Source: Eledone cirrhosa (lineage: Eukaryota). Taken from it: a stretch of 64,000 bases of DNA. Shown in pieces: positions 37,483-50,980 of this stretch; within the stretch, counting starts at the first letter, position 1; every line of letters begins with the position of its first letter. A model generated the notes under the pieces. The model was given only the letters and a program-made list of their open reading frames with translations. It was not told the origin of the DNA and did no database searches. The stretch spans positions 78,182,001 to 78,246,000 of the forward strand of contig OZ024746.1 of assembly GCA_964016885.1 (NCBI GenBank). The letters are read 5' to 3'. The position numbers and the translations under genes are program-made.

Positions 37483-37922
37483 GGTTTGCTTAGATGTCCT
37501 GTTGGCATCCGTATTCTATTTTACTGTCACGTTGCTAGTTTGGGAATTGAAGAACATGAAAAGAAAAGAAATGAAATGAAAGAAGAAATTAAACAACGAA
37601 AGGAAGAGAAGAGGTGGAGGGTGCGACAAACTCTACGCCCCTTTCTGATGGGTATTTCTCAGCTACATCCTGCTACAGCTACTCCACCTCATGGGGTTCC
37701 CTCATTAGGTGGACTGGCGTTTTCCCGATTTTGCGAAGGGAATGGCAGTTCAGGGATCTAGGACACCTGAAAACCCTACGGCAACCAACTGTGAAAAGAA
37801 AGAAGTCCGCCAAACTCTGGTATTTGGTAATTTTCGTTTCCTCTGAACTAAGAATTAATCTTGTCTATAGCCAGAGCCATCCAGTAATATCACCGCGCGC
37901 GCGCGCGTTATATAATGATACT

Positions 37923-38135
37923 AAAAGGGGCGAGGTGTTAGATCTTCATTACATTTATTCAATTGCGAAACGCGCGTCACACCTCAATAAATGTAATGAA
38001 AATTTAACACCTCGTCCTTTTTATTATTATTATTATTATTACACTCTGCTTAGTACAGCACCAATATACCTTATTGGAAACTAAGCATCGAGTGCCGAGT
38101 GCTCACTCTGGTGAATTTACAGTAACTTGACGTTA
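37923..38135 (+). mobile_element. 5'-truncated, 5'-inverted family C element retaining only the 3' half of the HHR
   Basis: Inverted arms 37923-37959 / 37986-38021 enclose GAAA CGCGCG TC ACACCTC; tail related to 21205-21275. Confidence 0.6.
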
Positions 38136-38137
38136 CA

Positions 38138-38180
<43 letters not shown>

Positions 38181-38185
<5 letters not shown>

Positions 38186-38467
38186 CAAAATATTAACAAA
38201 TGAAAAATATTCTCATAATCAAAATATATACTTTATTATATATATTTCAAAGGTACTGTGTTATTTTTTCAGTACGTCCTCATCAGACAAAATATATGAT
38301 TTGCTATATGACATACCGCTACGGTCTTCATTATACAATTCCAGTATTGGCATAGTTTCCATTTATTAATATATTGAATATTTACTCCAGTAATTTGTTG
38401 AGTGCTTTATATCAGTTATGAAACTTTTAAGCTTGTTGAATCCCAACAAATTAAATATAACTTCTAC
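38181..38467. mobile_element. Family B HHR element with inverted architecture
   Basis: Minus-strand HHR in the left part, plus-strand family B tail in the right part; (TA)n flanks. Confidence 0.7.
38227..38296 (-). ncRNA. Type I hammerhead ribozyme (family B)
   Basis: UAUAUUUUGU CUGAUGA GGAC GUACUG..CAGUAC CUUU GAAA UAUAUAU A AUAAAGUAUA; 10-bp stem I. Confidence 0.65.
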
Positions 38468-38485
38468 ATTTATATATGTGTATAC

Positions 38486-38522
<37 letters not shown>

Positions 38523-40585
38523 GGTCTTAACTAAGTACAGCGGAGATATTATAACAGCCCCCCCCCCACCCCGCGCACACACACATTCTACATTCTGCAT
38601 TTCTCTTTTCTAATTCATATTCAACACATTTCAATAGGATTATATAATGCTTTCAATAAAAAAGAAAGAAAAAGAAATACATGAAATGAAAGGGGAAAAA
38701 ATTAAAATTAAACAGCAAAAGTGAAGGAAATGGAGGACTGCAGTAGGTCTCAGTTGCTCCCCGTGGACAAAATGGCGAAGGCATTGCTGCAGAGAGTAGC
38801 TGCATCGGCCACGTCACGGTCGTAGCCGGGAAGTTCCAGTTTGTGTTAGAAAAATCCGGTCGTGTCAAGGCTCGACATTAAGAAGTAATAATCTTAACAG
38901 CTCTTTACTGTCTGTAATGCTGAAATGTCCAGTGATATTAGTATGTATGACAAGAAGAGAGAGAGAGATCAGTTGACTATAAGCCGTGTTTTATAATCAA
39001 TGCCAGCGTGCTGGTGATTTAGTGTGAGAATAGGACCAGCATTTTATAATAGCGTGAGAATAAATTCATTTTAATTGCTTAGTCATTTATTAGAAGGGGG
39101 AGCCTAAGTGATTTCTTGTCTGCTTGTCTTTCTCCTCGGTGAGAGAGAGAGAGATGGGGATGTGGTGGTTGTAAAGGATTGGGAAGGTGTTTCGGCTCGT
39201 CTCTTCATCATTACCACTACATAACCACTGACTCAAGCTGAAACGACCTGATTGGTTATTTTAAACGAAGTGATGGCGGTGGTAGGTAGAGATGTCTCTT
39301 GCTCCTATTGTCCAAGGCGGCGGCGGTGGTGGTGGTGATGATGATGTTAACCGTAATGTCGACGACAGTGGCGGTGGTAATGGTGTTGACCGTATTAACG
39401 GCAGTGGAGTAGTTGTTGTTGTTGGTGGTGGTGGCGGTGGTGCATAGGTAATATCAAGTCAGACTTTACGGTCTGTAGTAGGTTAAGGATGCTCTGAAAA
39501 TGGAGTAAATGATGGTGCTGGTGGGGAAAGGAAAATCCCTCTCACTTGACTAGAAGTAGAGGATGGCGGGGCGGGTATAATGTTTACATAGATATTTGGT
39601 GTGTTGGTAGGGGTGGGGTTGTGGGGATCAGAGAAATAGACATGAACACAAAGTGAGGATGGTGGTGGTGGTGGTGGTGGTGGTATTGATTCGGTGTGGG
39701 AGGAGGGGAGGAGAAGTAGCAGTGATGGTTAGAAAAATAAAGGGTTAAATCAGAGAGAGAGAGAGAGGGACATACGTAGAAGAGAGTGGTGGTTGTTGTG
39801 AGAAAAAGAAAGGGTGAAAGAGAGAGAGTAGGTGGTGGGGAAATGAGGGTGAGAGAGAGAGAGGTAATGTTGGTGGTGGGGAAATGAGGGAGAGAGTGGT
39901 AATGAATGTGGTGGAGAAGTGAGAGAGAGAGAGAGTGAGTGGTAATGATGGTGGTGGGGAAGTGAGAGAGAGAGAGAGAGAGAGAGTGAGTGGTAATGAT
40001 GGTGGTGGGGAAGTGCGAGAGAGAGTGGTAATGAAGGTGGTGGAGAAGTGCGAGAGAGAGTGGTAATGATGGTGGTGGGGAAGTGAGAGAGAGAGAGAGA
40101 GAGTGAGTGGTAATGATGGTGGTGGGGAAGTGCGAGAGCGAGAGAGAGTGGTAATGAAGGTGGTGGGAAAGTGAAAGTGAGAGGGAGAGGTGGTGAGGAA
40201 GTGAGGGAGAGAGAGAGAGAGATGGTAATGAAGGTGGTGGGGAAGAGAGAGAGATAGTGGTAAAGATGGTGGTGGTGAAGAGATAGAAAGAGAGTGGTGG
40301 TAATGAAGGTGGTGGGTGTAGTGTTGATGTTGTAAGGTGAAAGAGTAAAACAAAGTGTAAACATTTGATAGACTAAATGTTCCTTCTCTCTCCTCCTCCT
40401 CCCTCGCTGTTTCTGTAACCTCTCCTCTCACTCCCCTTCACTACTCGAGACGTTTCAATCCGACAATACAAGTCTTAACTACGCCATTAAAACCACCTAT
40501 GTTATTTTAAATACTTTTAAAACCCCCTTCTCTATCACACACACAATGTATGTTTGTGTTTATATATATATATATATATATATGT

Positions 40586-40628
<43 letters not shown>

Positions 40629-40648
40629 CGCACACATATATTTATATA

Positions 40649-40897
40649 TAGGGTGTCTCCAAAAATGTATACACATTTCAACAGCATTCTAATAAATATG
40701 CGTATACATTTTTTTTTTTGGGGGGGGGGGACCACCCTATATATATATATATACACATACATACACATATTTATACAGGGTGTGCCAAAAAATGTATACA
40801 CATTCTAATAAATATGTGTATACATTTTTGGGGAGGGCCTGTATATATATACATATATACATACACACAGGGTGTGTCCCCTCCCCCCCCAAAAACG

Positions 40898-40900
<3 letters not shown>
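40649..40900. mobile_element. Two tiny Tc1/mariner-type MITEs plus a partial third
   Basis: TA-(C/T)AGGGTGT..CCAAAAATGTATAC ... GTATACATTTTT..GG..CACCCT(G/A)-TA at 40649-40739 and 40776-40841. Confidence 0.6.
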
Positions 40901-40929
<29 letters not shown>

Positions 40930-41133
40930 TACACATATATAAAGTATAGGTGAGTGGTGAGGGTGAACTGCAATAATAAAGGGTGATGCCGGGTACATGT
41001 TATATTTGTAAGGCAACGGGACATGTCTTGTGTGTATGTATATGTGTGTGTGTGTATGCGTGTGTGTATGTGTCACCTACCTCGATTCCGGGTGACTTTT
41101 AACAACACCTAAGACTAGATGTATGTGTGTGTT

Positions 41134-41204
<71 letters not shown>

Positions 41205-41214
41205 ATGTATATAT

Positions 41215-41297
<83 letters not shown>

Positions 41298-41687
41298 TGC
41301 GTGTCGACGTGGGGGAAGGGGAAATTATTATTTTTATTATTATTACCTGCTAGAAGCATTACATGGAAATTTAGTGCTACCTTTTCAGTCACTTACTTTT
41401 CACTATTTACTTTCTCCCTCCCTCTCTTTCTCTCTCTCACACACACACACATACACATGCATTTTGGCGTATCCACGCACACTTGAGCGATCACACATGC
41501 ACACGCACACGCACACACATACAGTTGATAACAAAAAAAAACATACGCACATGATCCACACACATTCTACATAGCTACACCTGTCCGCAAACACACGCAT
41601 GCACTTGAACGATCTCAATACGTGTACATATGCACGTATGCACGCACACATACATATATGTATATACTTATATACCTATATATATAT

Positions 41688-41770
<83 letters not shown>

Positions 41771-41816
41771 TAAATCTTAACCATTTAACATCTCAGGGTA
41801 TGTCATGTATCATTAT

Positions 41817-41869
41817 ATTTTGTCTGATGAGGACGTACTGTTGTACCTCCGAAATATGTATAATAAAAT
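41817..41869 (+). ncRNA. Type I hammerhead ribozyme (family B) in a 145-bp insert (41771-41915) between (TA)n tracts
   Basis: AUUUUGU CUGAUGA GGACGUAC uguu GUACCUCC GAAA UAUGUAU A AUAAAAU; canonical G-C closing stem II. Confidence 0.75.
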
Positions 41870-41909
41870 TTAATTGATCAAAAGAACATCTATTTTATTA
41901 ATATTTGTA

Positions 41910-41950
<41 letters not shown>

Positions 41951-42085
41951 CGAAGGAAATGTGGTAAGGAACCAGGTGGACCATAACGCACCAAAGTACT
42001 CAATACTTAGGGTAGTAGAGTGGGTAATTAGTCCAGAATTAGCCGTCGAAACGGTTTGAGCTCAGCCGTCGGGGTCCTACTCGTT

Positions 42086-42140
<55 letters not shown>

Positions 42141-42248
42141 GTATGTGTGTACATATATACATGCATGTACATACATAAACATATATACCTATATGCATGT
42201 GTGTGCATCCGTATATATATATATAGGATGCACACACATACATATAGG

Positions 42249-42287
<39 letters not shown>

Positions 42288-42341
42288 GTATGTATTTTGT
42301 GTATGTTTATGTATTAATTCACACGTTACAACGATCACACA

Positions 42342-42381
<40 letters not shown>

Positions 42382-44496
42382 TATACACATTTATACCCCA
42401 CACCAACACTGATCCCACTGCCTGTCATGAAATATGTGGTGTTTCCTGTTGTTGGTTTGCTTTCATTGTGAAAGTCATTAGTATGTACTGACTGACTTGC
42501 ATGATGAAAGGAAAGAGGGGAGAGGAAAGGAAAAGCGCGGGACGGTGACCACCACCATTGCTTTCTCCTTTTCTTCTTACTACCTCTCTCAGTTTACCTT
42601 CTCGTCCTCCAACTCCCCTTTTTCAACGTCCCCTGTTACCACCCTACTGTTTGTTAGGGTATTTAATCCTTACCACCACCACCACCACCACGCCGCCTCT
42701 ATCTAGCTATCTATCTCTCTTATTATCTACTGACATAAATGAAGAAAGGAGAGGGAGGGGTGAAACTCCGGAACGGTAACTGCAACAACCACCACCACCA
42801 CCATCACCACCATCACCACCAACCACAACAATAATAATAATACTGCCTCTTCCTCCCTCTTTATTATTACCTCTTACTTACTGTTTGTTTTTGAGTATTT
42901 AATTCTTACCACCTGCCCCACCACCACCACCACAACAACAACCACTCCAAAGGGGCCGTTCGTGTCGCCAACATGGAAAAGCAATAACTTCTCTTTTACT
43001 CTATACTTTACACCATGTGTGTGTGTGTATATACATATATATATACATATATTTATACACACACACATATATACATATATATATATTTATACACACACAC
43101 ACATATATATATATATACACAATATATATATATATATAGACACACATAATATATACGCACAATGACACACACATATATACACACACACACACATACATAC
43201 ATATATATACACACACACACACACACATACATACATATATATATATATATATCGGTTGTCTCTTCTATAACTTTCTCTTTCGTCAGCCATTGTTCTATTA
43301 CTCTATCGTCATCGTCATTTTCCATCGTGGAACTACGAGAACAGCGTGGAACATTCCTCTTTTATATCGCTACAACTACGGCTACTGTCAGACAACCCTA
43401 GTCACCCCCACTGACCATCAAATACTCCATCCATCCCCTTTCCTTTCCTTTTCCCATGTTATACCGCTTTCCTCTTCCGTTGTAGACACGAACGCCGCCA
43501 TCACTACCAAATCACGAAACAACACTGACACCAACACCGTCATTTGCTATCACTTTCACCATAACAGCTACACTTCACTATACCACCACCAACTCACACT
43601 CACATATATGGACCACCACCACCACCATCATCATCGCCACACCACCTCCTTTAATAACCAAACCGTAATTATTATTATTATTTTCACCACACCACCAGCG
43701 CCACAATCGTTGCTGTTACAGACTACACACCACCATCATCACCACCACCACCATCAACAACAATACTATTGCTGACACCACCACTACCACCACCACCGCC
43801 GCCGCCACCAACATTGTTGTCATTGACACCACACCATCATCATTGCTGCCATTGACACCACACCATCATCATTATTGTCATTGACACCACACCATCGCCA
43901 TTGCTGTCATTGACACCGCCACCGCCTCCACAACAAACACCACCGAGCCACCATTTACTATTATTTTCACAACGACTCCACCACACACACACACACACAT
44001 ACATATCGTGACCACCAGCAGCAACAGAGTCATCAACAACACCACACCGCACCACCGTACCACATCATCACCACCACAACCATAAGGAAACATCACTCAC
44101 TCCATGTCCATCATTGCAATGGCCCCTTTTACAAACACTTTCCACCCAACAAGCCGTTTACATCATCATCATCATCGTTCTAGGCTACTTTACCAGCTAA
44201 CACCCTCTAACAGTTCTGAACATATTTCCTATTCTGAAATGCCTTTTATCTGTATGTCTGAAGAGAGATAGAGATAGAGATGGCGAGAGAGAGAGAGAGA
44301 AGTTTCTCTATCTATGTGTGTCTCTCACTCCCATATCTCCATCATATGTCGCCACCAACCAACCGGTCCCTTGTTGAAGATACTCCCTCTTTCCTCCCTC
44401 AAACCCCTATCATTGGGCACAGCAACATGATAGCTCCACTAAGTGGCGGCAAAGCCATTAACTCACACACTGCTAAACATTATATGTTTGTGTGTG

Positions 44497-44550
<54 letters not shown>

Positions 44551-45526
44551 ATGTATATATATGTATGTATATGTGTATATATATATGTATGTATATGTAT
44601 ATATATGTATGTATATGTGTATATAAATGTATGTATATATATAAATGTATGTATATATATATATTATATATATATATATATGTGTATATGTATGTATATG
44701 TGTATATATATATATATATATGTGTATATATATATGTATGTATATGTGTATATATGTATTTGTGTATATATATAAGTATGTGTATATATGTATGTATATG
44801 TGTATATATATATATGTGTATTTGTATATATATATATGGTGTGTGTGTATGTACTGGACAGCTTTGCAAATGCGTTTTAACCCGAGACAAACATGTACTC
44901 TTCAGATCCAAAAGCCTGTTGTTTTTTTATTTATTTCTCCATTCATACAAAACCCCTTTTCCCAACCGCCATCGTTCAGATGATGGGGACATAAGAGGGA
45001 GAGAGAGAGAGAGAGTGTGTGAGAGAGAGAGAGAGAGTGTGTGTGTGTGAGAGAGAGAGAGTGAGTGTGTGTGTGAAGTTAAGACGAAGGTAAAAAGAGA
45101 AATTGTTATGTCGAACGAGTGAAGGAGATGACGAGTGAGAAGGAAGTTGTTGCCGGAAAGATGGGGAGAAGGAGAACACGAGAATGGAGAAAATAAATAG
45201 CTAAGAACAGTAGTGTGTCTACGTATATATATATATACATACATACATACATGTGTGTGTGTGTGTGTGTGTGTGTATATAGATATATACATATACACCT
45301 TCACATCCGTTCTCTATCGCCTCAGCCTGTAGTGAGAGATTGGAAGAAAGCAGACGATAGATAAAGAGATAGTTTTGTTAGCACACAGAGAGAGAGAGAG
45401 AGTGAGTGAGAGAGAGAGAGGGGGGAGTATAGAAGCAATAGAGCGGTAGATTTGTTGGCAAAAGAATTGTGAGAAAGCAATATAGTAGAGACGATAGGAA
45501 TGAGAGTTTGGTATATAGAGAGAGAA

Positions 45527-45596
<70 letters not shown>

Positions 45597-45666
45597 TAGA
45601 GAGAGAAAGAAAGATATAAAGTGAAAGAGAGAGGAGCAGTTATGAATATATATGTGTGTGTATATG

Positions 45667-45718
<52 letters not shown>

Positions 45719-46269
45719 TGTGTGTGTGTATATATATATATATATGAGAGAGAGAGGAAGTAAAAGAGTGATAGGAAGTGTAATTGATGGGGGTGGTGGT
45801 GAGAGAAGGTCGTTGAACGAAGTAAAAAAGAATGAGGGCGGCGTTGGCGGCTGATATGTAAATATACAGATAAAATAAAGCAGGCAAAAAAAAAACGATT
45901 ATATATATATATATATACATACATACATATATATATACATATATATATGTATATATATAAGACATTAAAAAGTAGTAAATTAGATATAATAAATAAATAA
46001 ACTAATAATAATAATGAGAGAGGAAAAAATTTCGTGGTGTGAATGGGTGGGGGATGGGTGAAGTAAAAGAAAATAATAAAGAAGGAAATGAGCTGAAGAA
46101 ACAACAACGAAAAATGAGTAGAAAAAAAAAGCCATATATATATATATATATATATATATAGTAAATAATAAAAAGCAGAGAAAAAACGCATTTTAGGAAA
46201 ATTATATAAAAAAAATAGGGAGTTAGCTTGCGGATAAAGGCGGTGGGGAAGGAGTATAAAAAGGGAATT

Positions 46270-46311
<42 letters not shown>

Positions 46312-46980
46312 TGTGTGTGTGTGTTTCTGTAATAGTAAAAAAATAAGTAGGGGAGAGAAAAATAAATATGAAAAGAGGAAATAGGAAGAAAAAAATGGCA
46401 GCCCCTCAAAAAAAAAAAAAACCTTATTTCTGAATCCTCATTACTGTCTAGCTAGCTAACCTGGCTTTTTTTTTTATATATTACTTACTAACTATTACTC
46501 TTTCTCTCTCTACTTCTCTCAAGATCTCTTTCTCTCTACTGTCAGTCTATTCCCCCTCTAGTGTATTCGTTTATTCACTCTCTATCTCTCTCTCTCTCGC
46601 CTCTCTACTCTATCTTTCTACATACACACACACACATCCATATAATATATATACACACACACACACTAGTATGTGTGTACACAACTCTTTACTTTTATAT
46701 CGCCAATATATACGTATGTATACGGACCGATCTCTATGTACACATCATGTACACAAACTATATATGTATGTATATATATATATATATATACACGTACCGC
46801 TGTACATGCATTGACTAAGTACACATGATATATATATATATATATATACATACATATATATATAAAGGAAAGGGAGCTATAAAGTGGTGGTAAGTACGTC
46901 CCTGTATGTATATATATATGAATCCTACACACACATAATATATATATATGTGTACATATATATAAAGTGCATGTCTATAA

Positions 46981-47220
46981 TGATTCCCGCCCACTCCGCC
47001 TATTTTCACGAGCTCGTTTCTTTCTCGTCCCCCTTCACTTCGTCTGTACAGTAAAAAAAAGCACGTGCTTTTTTAAAAATATGCACAGTAAGCAGTGGCT
47101 AAAGAACTCCGACCGACCAATCGCTGACGAGCAACGTGCTTTTTCTCGCTCTACTCTTGGCGTTTCCACGTTTTGTTGTCGCTCTAACTGAACTGTCAAT
47201 CACTGTCAGATGTGTTCGTC
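46981..47220. promoter_or_regulatory. Candidate promoter/enhancer: CpG-rich unique island
   Basis: GC box CCCGCCC (46986), 20-bp palindrome AAAAAAGCACGTGCTTTTTT with E-box (47055-47074), CCAAT (47117), TGACG (47125), ACGTG (47134). Confidence 0.4.
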
Positions 47221-47289
47221 TATATATGGTACGCGCACACACGCATATATTTACATATTTACACACAGATATATATGAATATATATGTA

Positions 47290-47330
<41 letters not shown>

Positions 47331-47332
47331 CC

Positions 47333-47687
47333 GTTTATTCTTTAGCTGGTTTCAGTCATTATGAGACTGCGGCTACGCTGGAGCACTGCCTTGATTTAGT
47401 CGAATGCATGCATATAAATAAGACAGACCCTGGTATTTTTTATTCACCGATCTCTCTTTTTTTTTTTGTGGAACCGCTAAGCTACGGAGTATTAACACAA
47501 ACACAGACACACACACGTTACTATATACAACGGCGGGCTTCTGCAGTTTCCGTCGACGAAATTCCACTCGGAAGGTATTGGTCAACCCGTTGCTATAGTT
47601 GAAGACACTTGCTCAAGGTATCACACAGCTGAACTGAACCGACAACCACGTGGTGGCGAAGCGAACTCCTTAAGCAGACTAACCATG

Positions 47688-47691
<4 letters not shown>
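47333..47691 (-). mobile_element. tRNA-derived CORE-like SINE with CR1-type tail
   Basis: Minus-strand head CAGGCATGGTTAG..., ACCTTGAGCAAGTGTCTTC, tail GGCAGTGCTCCAGCGTAGCCGCAGTC...GACTGAAACCAGCTAAAGAATAAA. Confidence 0.75.
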
Positions 47692-47744
<53 letters not shown>

Positions 47745-47833
47745 GTTATTACGGTGCATTTTCTCTTGTCCGGTGTGGTGGGATTCTAGTATTTTTGTTA
47801 TCTTATTGTTTTTTCCAGTACTTTGTTTCTTTG

Positions 47834-47886
<53 letters not shown>

Positions 47887-50800
47887 CACATGTATGTATG
47901 TATATATATATGTATGTATGTATATATATACATACATATTTCCATCTCCTTCAAGTCCGTACATTCTCCGTCGCCACCATCGTTTTTAAGTGCTGTGTAT
48001 CACCCAAGAAGACACTCCCATCGTTCCGTGTATGTTAAAAAATTAAAAAAAAATCATTCTGTCTCTTATTTATCTTTCTATCTATCGCTTTCCACCTTTC
48101 TCTGTATGTAAATCCATTCTCTCTCTCTCTCGCTCTCTCTATCTTTCTATCTGTCACTTTCCACCTTTCTGCTTTGCTTGTCAAGCAGGCGATGGTGGTC
48201 CCGCCCACTTAGTTTTTTTTTAAAATCTTTTTTTTACTTTTTCTCTCTTTTATATTCGCCCTTCCACCCCTCCATCCTTCTCACCGTCAGTTTCTGATTG
48301 TCACTTTCGACCCCACCTACCTATTCCACCACCCTAATACAATCCTCCCCCTCCCCACCTTATTTGCATTTCCACTTTACTTTCCACTCGTTCCTTCACA
48401 CTCTCTCTCTCTCATATCTTTATCCACTCTCTCTCTCTCATATCTTTATTTACTCACACGCATACTCTCTCATATCTCCATTTATTCACACACACACTCT
48501 CTCTCCTTTCCCTCCCACTCTCTCTCTCTCATCTTTATTTACTCACACGCACACTCTCTGTGTCTCTCCTTTCTCTCTCATTCTCTATTATCCACACACA
48601 CACACACTCTCTCTCTCTCCCTCTCACTCTATTATCCACACACTCTCTCTCTCTCTCTCATATTTATCTACATTTACTCACTCTGTCTCTTCTTTATCAC
48701 CATCACGTAGTTCTTATTTACTTCCCCTTATCCTTCCTTTTAGACTTAACTTATCTCTTAACTTATCTTTCTCTTTATCTCTATATGTCACCTCTTTGTC
48801 TCTCTCTCTCTTGCCTCTCTTTATTTCTTTACTCTATATACTCTCTCTTTCTCTCTCTCTATCTAAACAATGCTCTTTATTCAAAGCTTTTTATGTTTTT
48901 TCTTGTCTCTACTTAGTCCTCTCTCATTTCTACGCTGTATTATATCCTCGTTATAACTCTCGCTCTTTTATCATGTTTTCCCTCAATTATCCCCCTCACT
49001 CTCTCTTTCTATATATATATATATATATATATATAGAAAGAGAGAGAGAGTGAGGGGGATATATATATCTTTGTCTCAGTCTCTCTCTCACCCTCCGTTT
49101 ATTTTATCTCTCTGTCTGTCTCTATATTTCTGCCTATTTCGCTGTCTGTCTCTATATCTATCTCTATCTCATCATAGCACCTGGTTTATCATTAAGACTG
49201 GCTGCAATTTTGATCAAGTTAAGGTTGTTTATTTTCAGAAGATTCTCTGATTCGTCATGCATGTTAAATCTTTTCCCTCTCTGTTAGATGGATGGAATAG
49301 AGAGAGAAAGAAACTGTGGTGGTGATACTGCTTCCGATGTTGATTGCGGCGGCGGTGGTGATAGAAGTGCTAGTGATTGTGATGGTGTTGGTGTTGATAG
49401 CTGGGGCAATGATGATGATTGTTGTTGTTGTTGTTGGTGGTGGTGATCATAATCGCGAGAAGATGGTGGTGAGGGTGGTGTTCGTGTTCGTTATACTTCC
49501 TACCGATGTTAAGAGCGGCGGCGATGGTGTTGTTAATTGTGGTGGTGGTGGCGGCGGCGGCAGTGGCGGTTGATGATAGTGATAGTGACAGTGATGGTGT
49601 TAGTTACTGCTCCTGCTGCTGTTGATGGTAGTGGCGGTGGCGGAGGCTGAGATGATAGTGAGGGTGTTGGTAAGATGGCTGTGGGTTGGGAGGTCAGACT
49701 GAGAGACTGACTGTTATTAAACATTACTCGCAATCTTATTAGCAGTAGTTGATTGGCTAGGCATTTATTTATTTATTTTATGGTTGTGGATGATGGAGGG
49801 GGTAGTGGTAGCGGCGGCGGCGGTGGTGGTATTGTTCGTGTTCGTGATCCTGTTGATGATAGTGGCGGCGGCGGCGGCGCTGGTGCTGGTGAAGGAGAAG
49901 AGAGAAATAGTGTGTGTATGTGGAAGGGAGGGAGTCTGAGAGGATATTGAGAGGCGACCAAGCATGTATTCCATGGTCAGTGACGACTGAGATGACTGAC
50001 AACCTGCCCATGGGTCAGAGGGGCTTGGAAAATTGGCGGTGCAAATATATCTCTGGGGAGGGAGGGAGGGAGGGGGAAAGTGGGGATGGGGAATAGAATA
50101 ACTAAAACAAAGTGTTACATAAAATGTCGAAAAAAAAATTAAAAAAACGTATTTATTTTAGTGGCGATGGTATTGTTTGATGGCGGTGGTGGAGCTGTTG
50201 TGTTGTTGACGATGGTGGTGTGACGGTGTTGTTGATGGCAGTAGTGGTGGTGGTGGTGGTGTTGTTGATGACTATTGTTGATGGCGGCGGTGGTGGAGCT
50301 GTTGTGTTGTTGACGATGGTGGTGTGACGGTGTTGTTGATGGCAGTAGTGGTGGTGGTGGTGGTGGTGGTGGTGGTGGTGGTGGAGCTGTTGATGTTGAC
50401 AGCGGGGCTGTTAGTGTTGTTGGCGGTGGTGGTGGTGGTGTTATGGTGATGATATTGTTGGTGGTGGTGTTATGGTGACGATATTGTTGATGGCGGCGGT
50501 GGAGCTGTTAATGTTGATAGTGGCGGTGGTGTTATGGTGACGGTGGTGTTATGGTGACGATATTGTTGATGGCGGCGGTGGAGCTGTTAATGTTGATAGT
50601 GGCGGTGGTGTTATGGTGACTGTATTGTTGGTGGCGGCGGTGGAGCTGTTAATGTTGATAGTGGCGGTGGTGTTATGGTGACAGTTTTGTTGGTGGCGGC
50701 AGTGGCGGTGGTGATGGAGCTGTTGATGTTGTGTTGTTGTTGTTGGTGGTGGTGGTGGTGGTGGTGGTGGTGGTGTGGTGGTGAGGGCTATTATATCGGT

Positions 50801-50934
50801 GTTGGATGACTTCTAATAGCAGCGGCCATGCTGGTGGTCGTGGTGGAGTTATTGTAGCGGTGCTGTTGTATAATTATTGCAGTGACGATGGTGTGTCGGT
50901 AGCAGTATGTGTGCATGTGCGTATATATATATAT

Positions 50935-50980
<46 letters not shown>

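Noticed and set aside
38740-38880. GC-rich unique patch as a coding exon
   Set aside because: No convincing splice pair or protein motif in any frame
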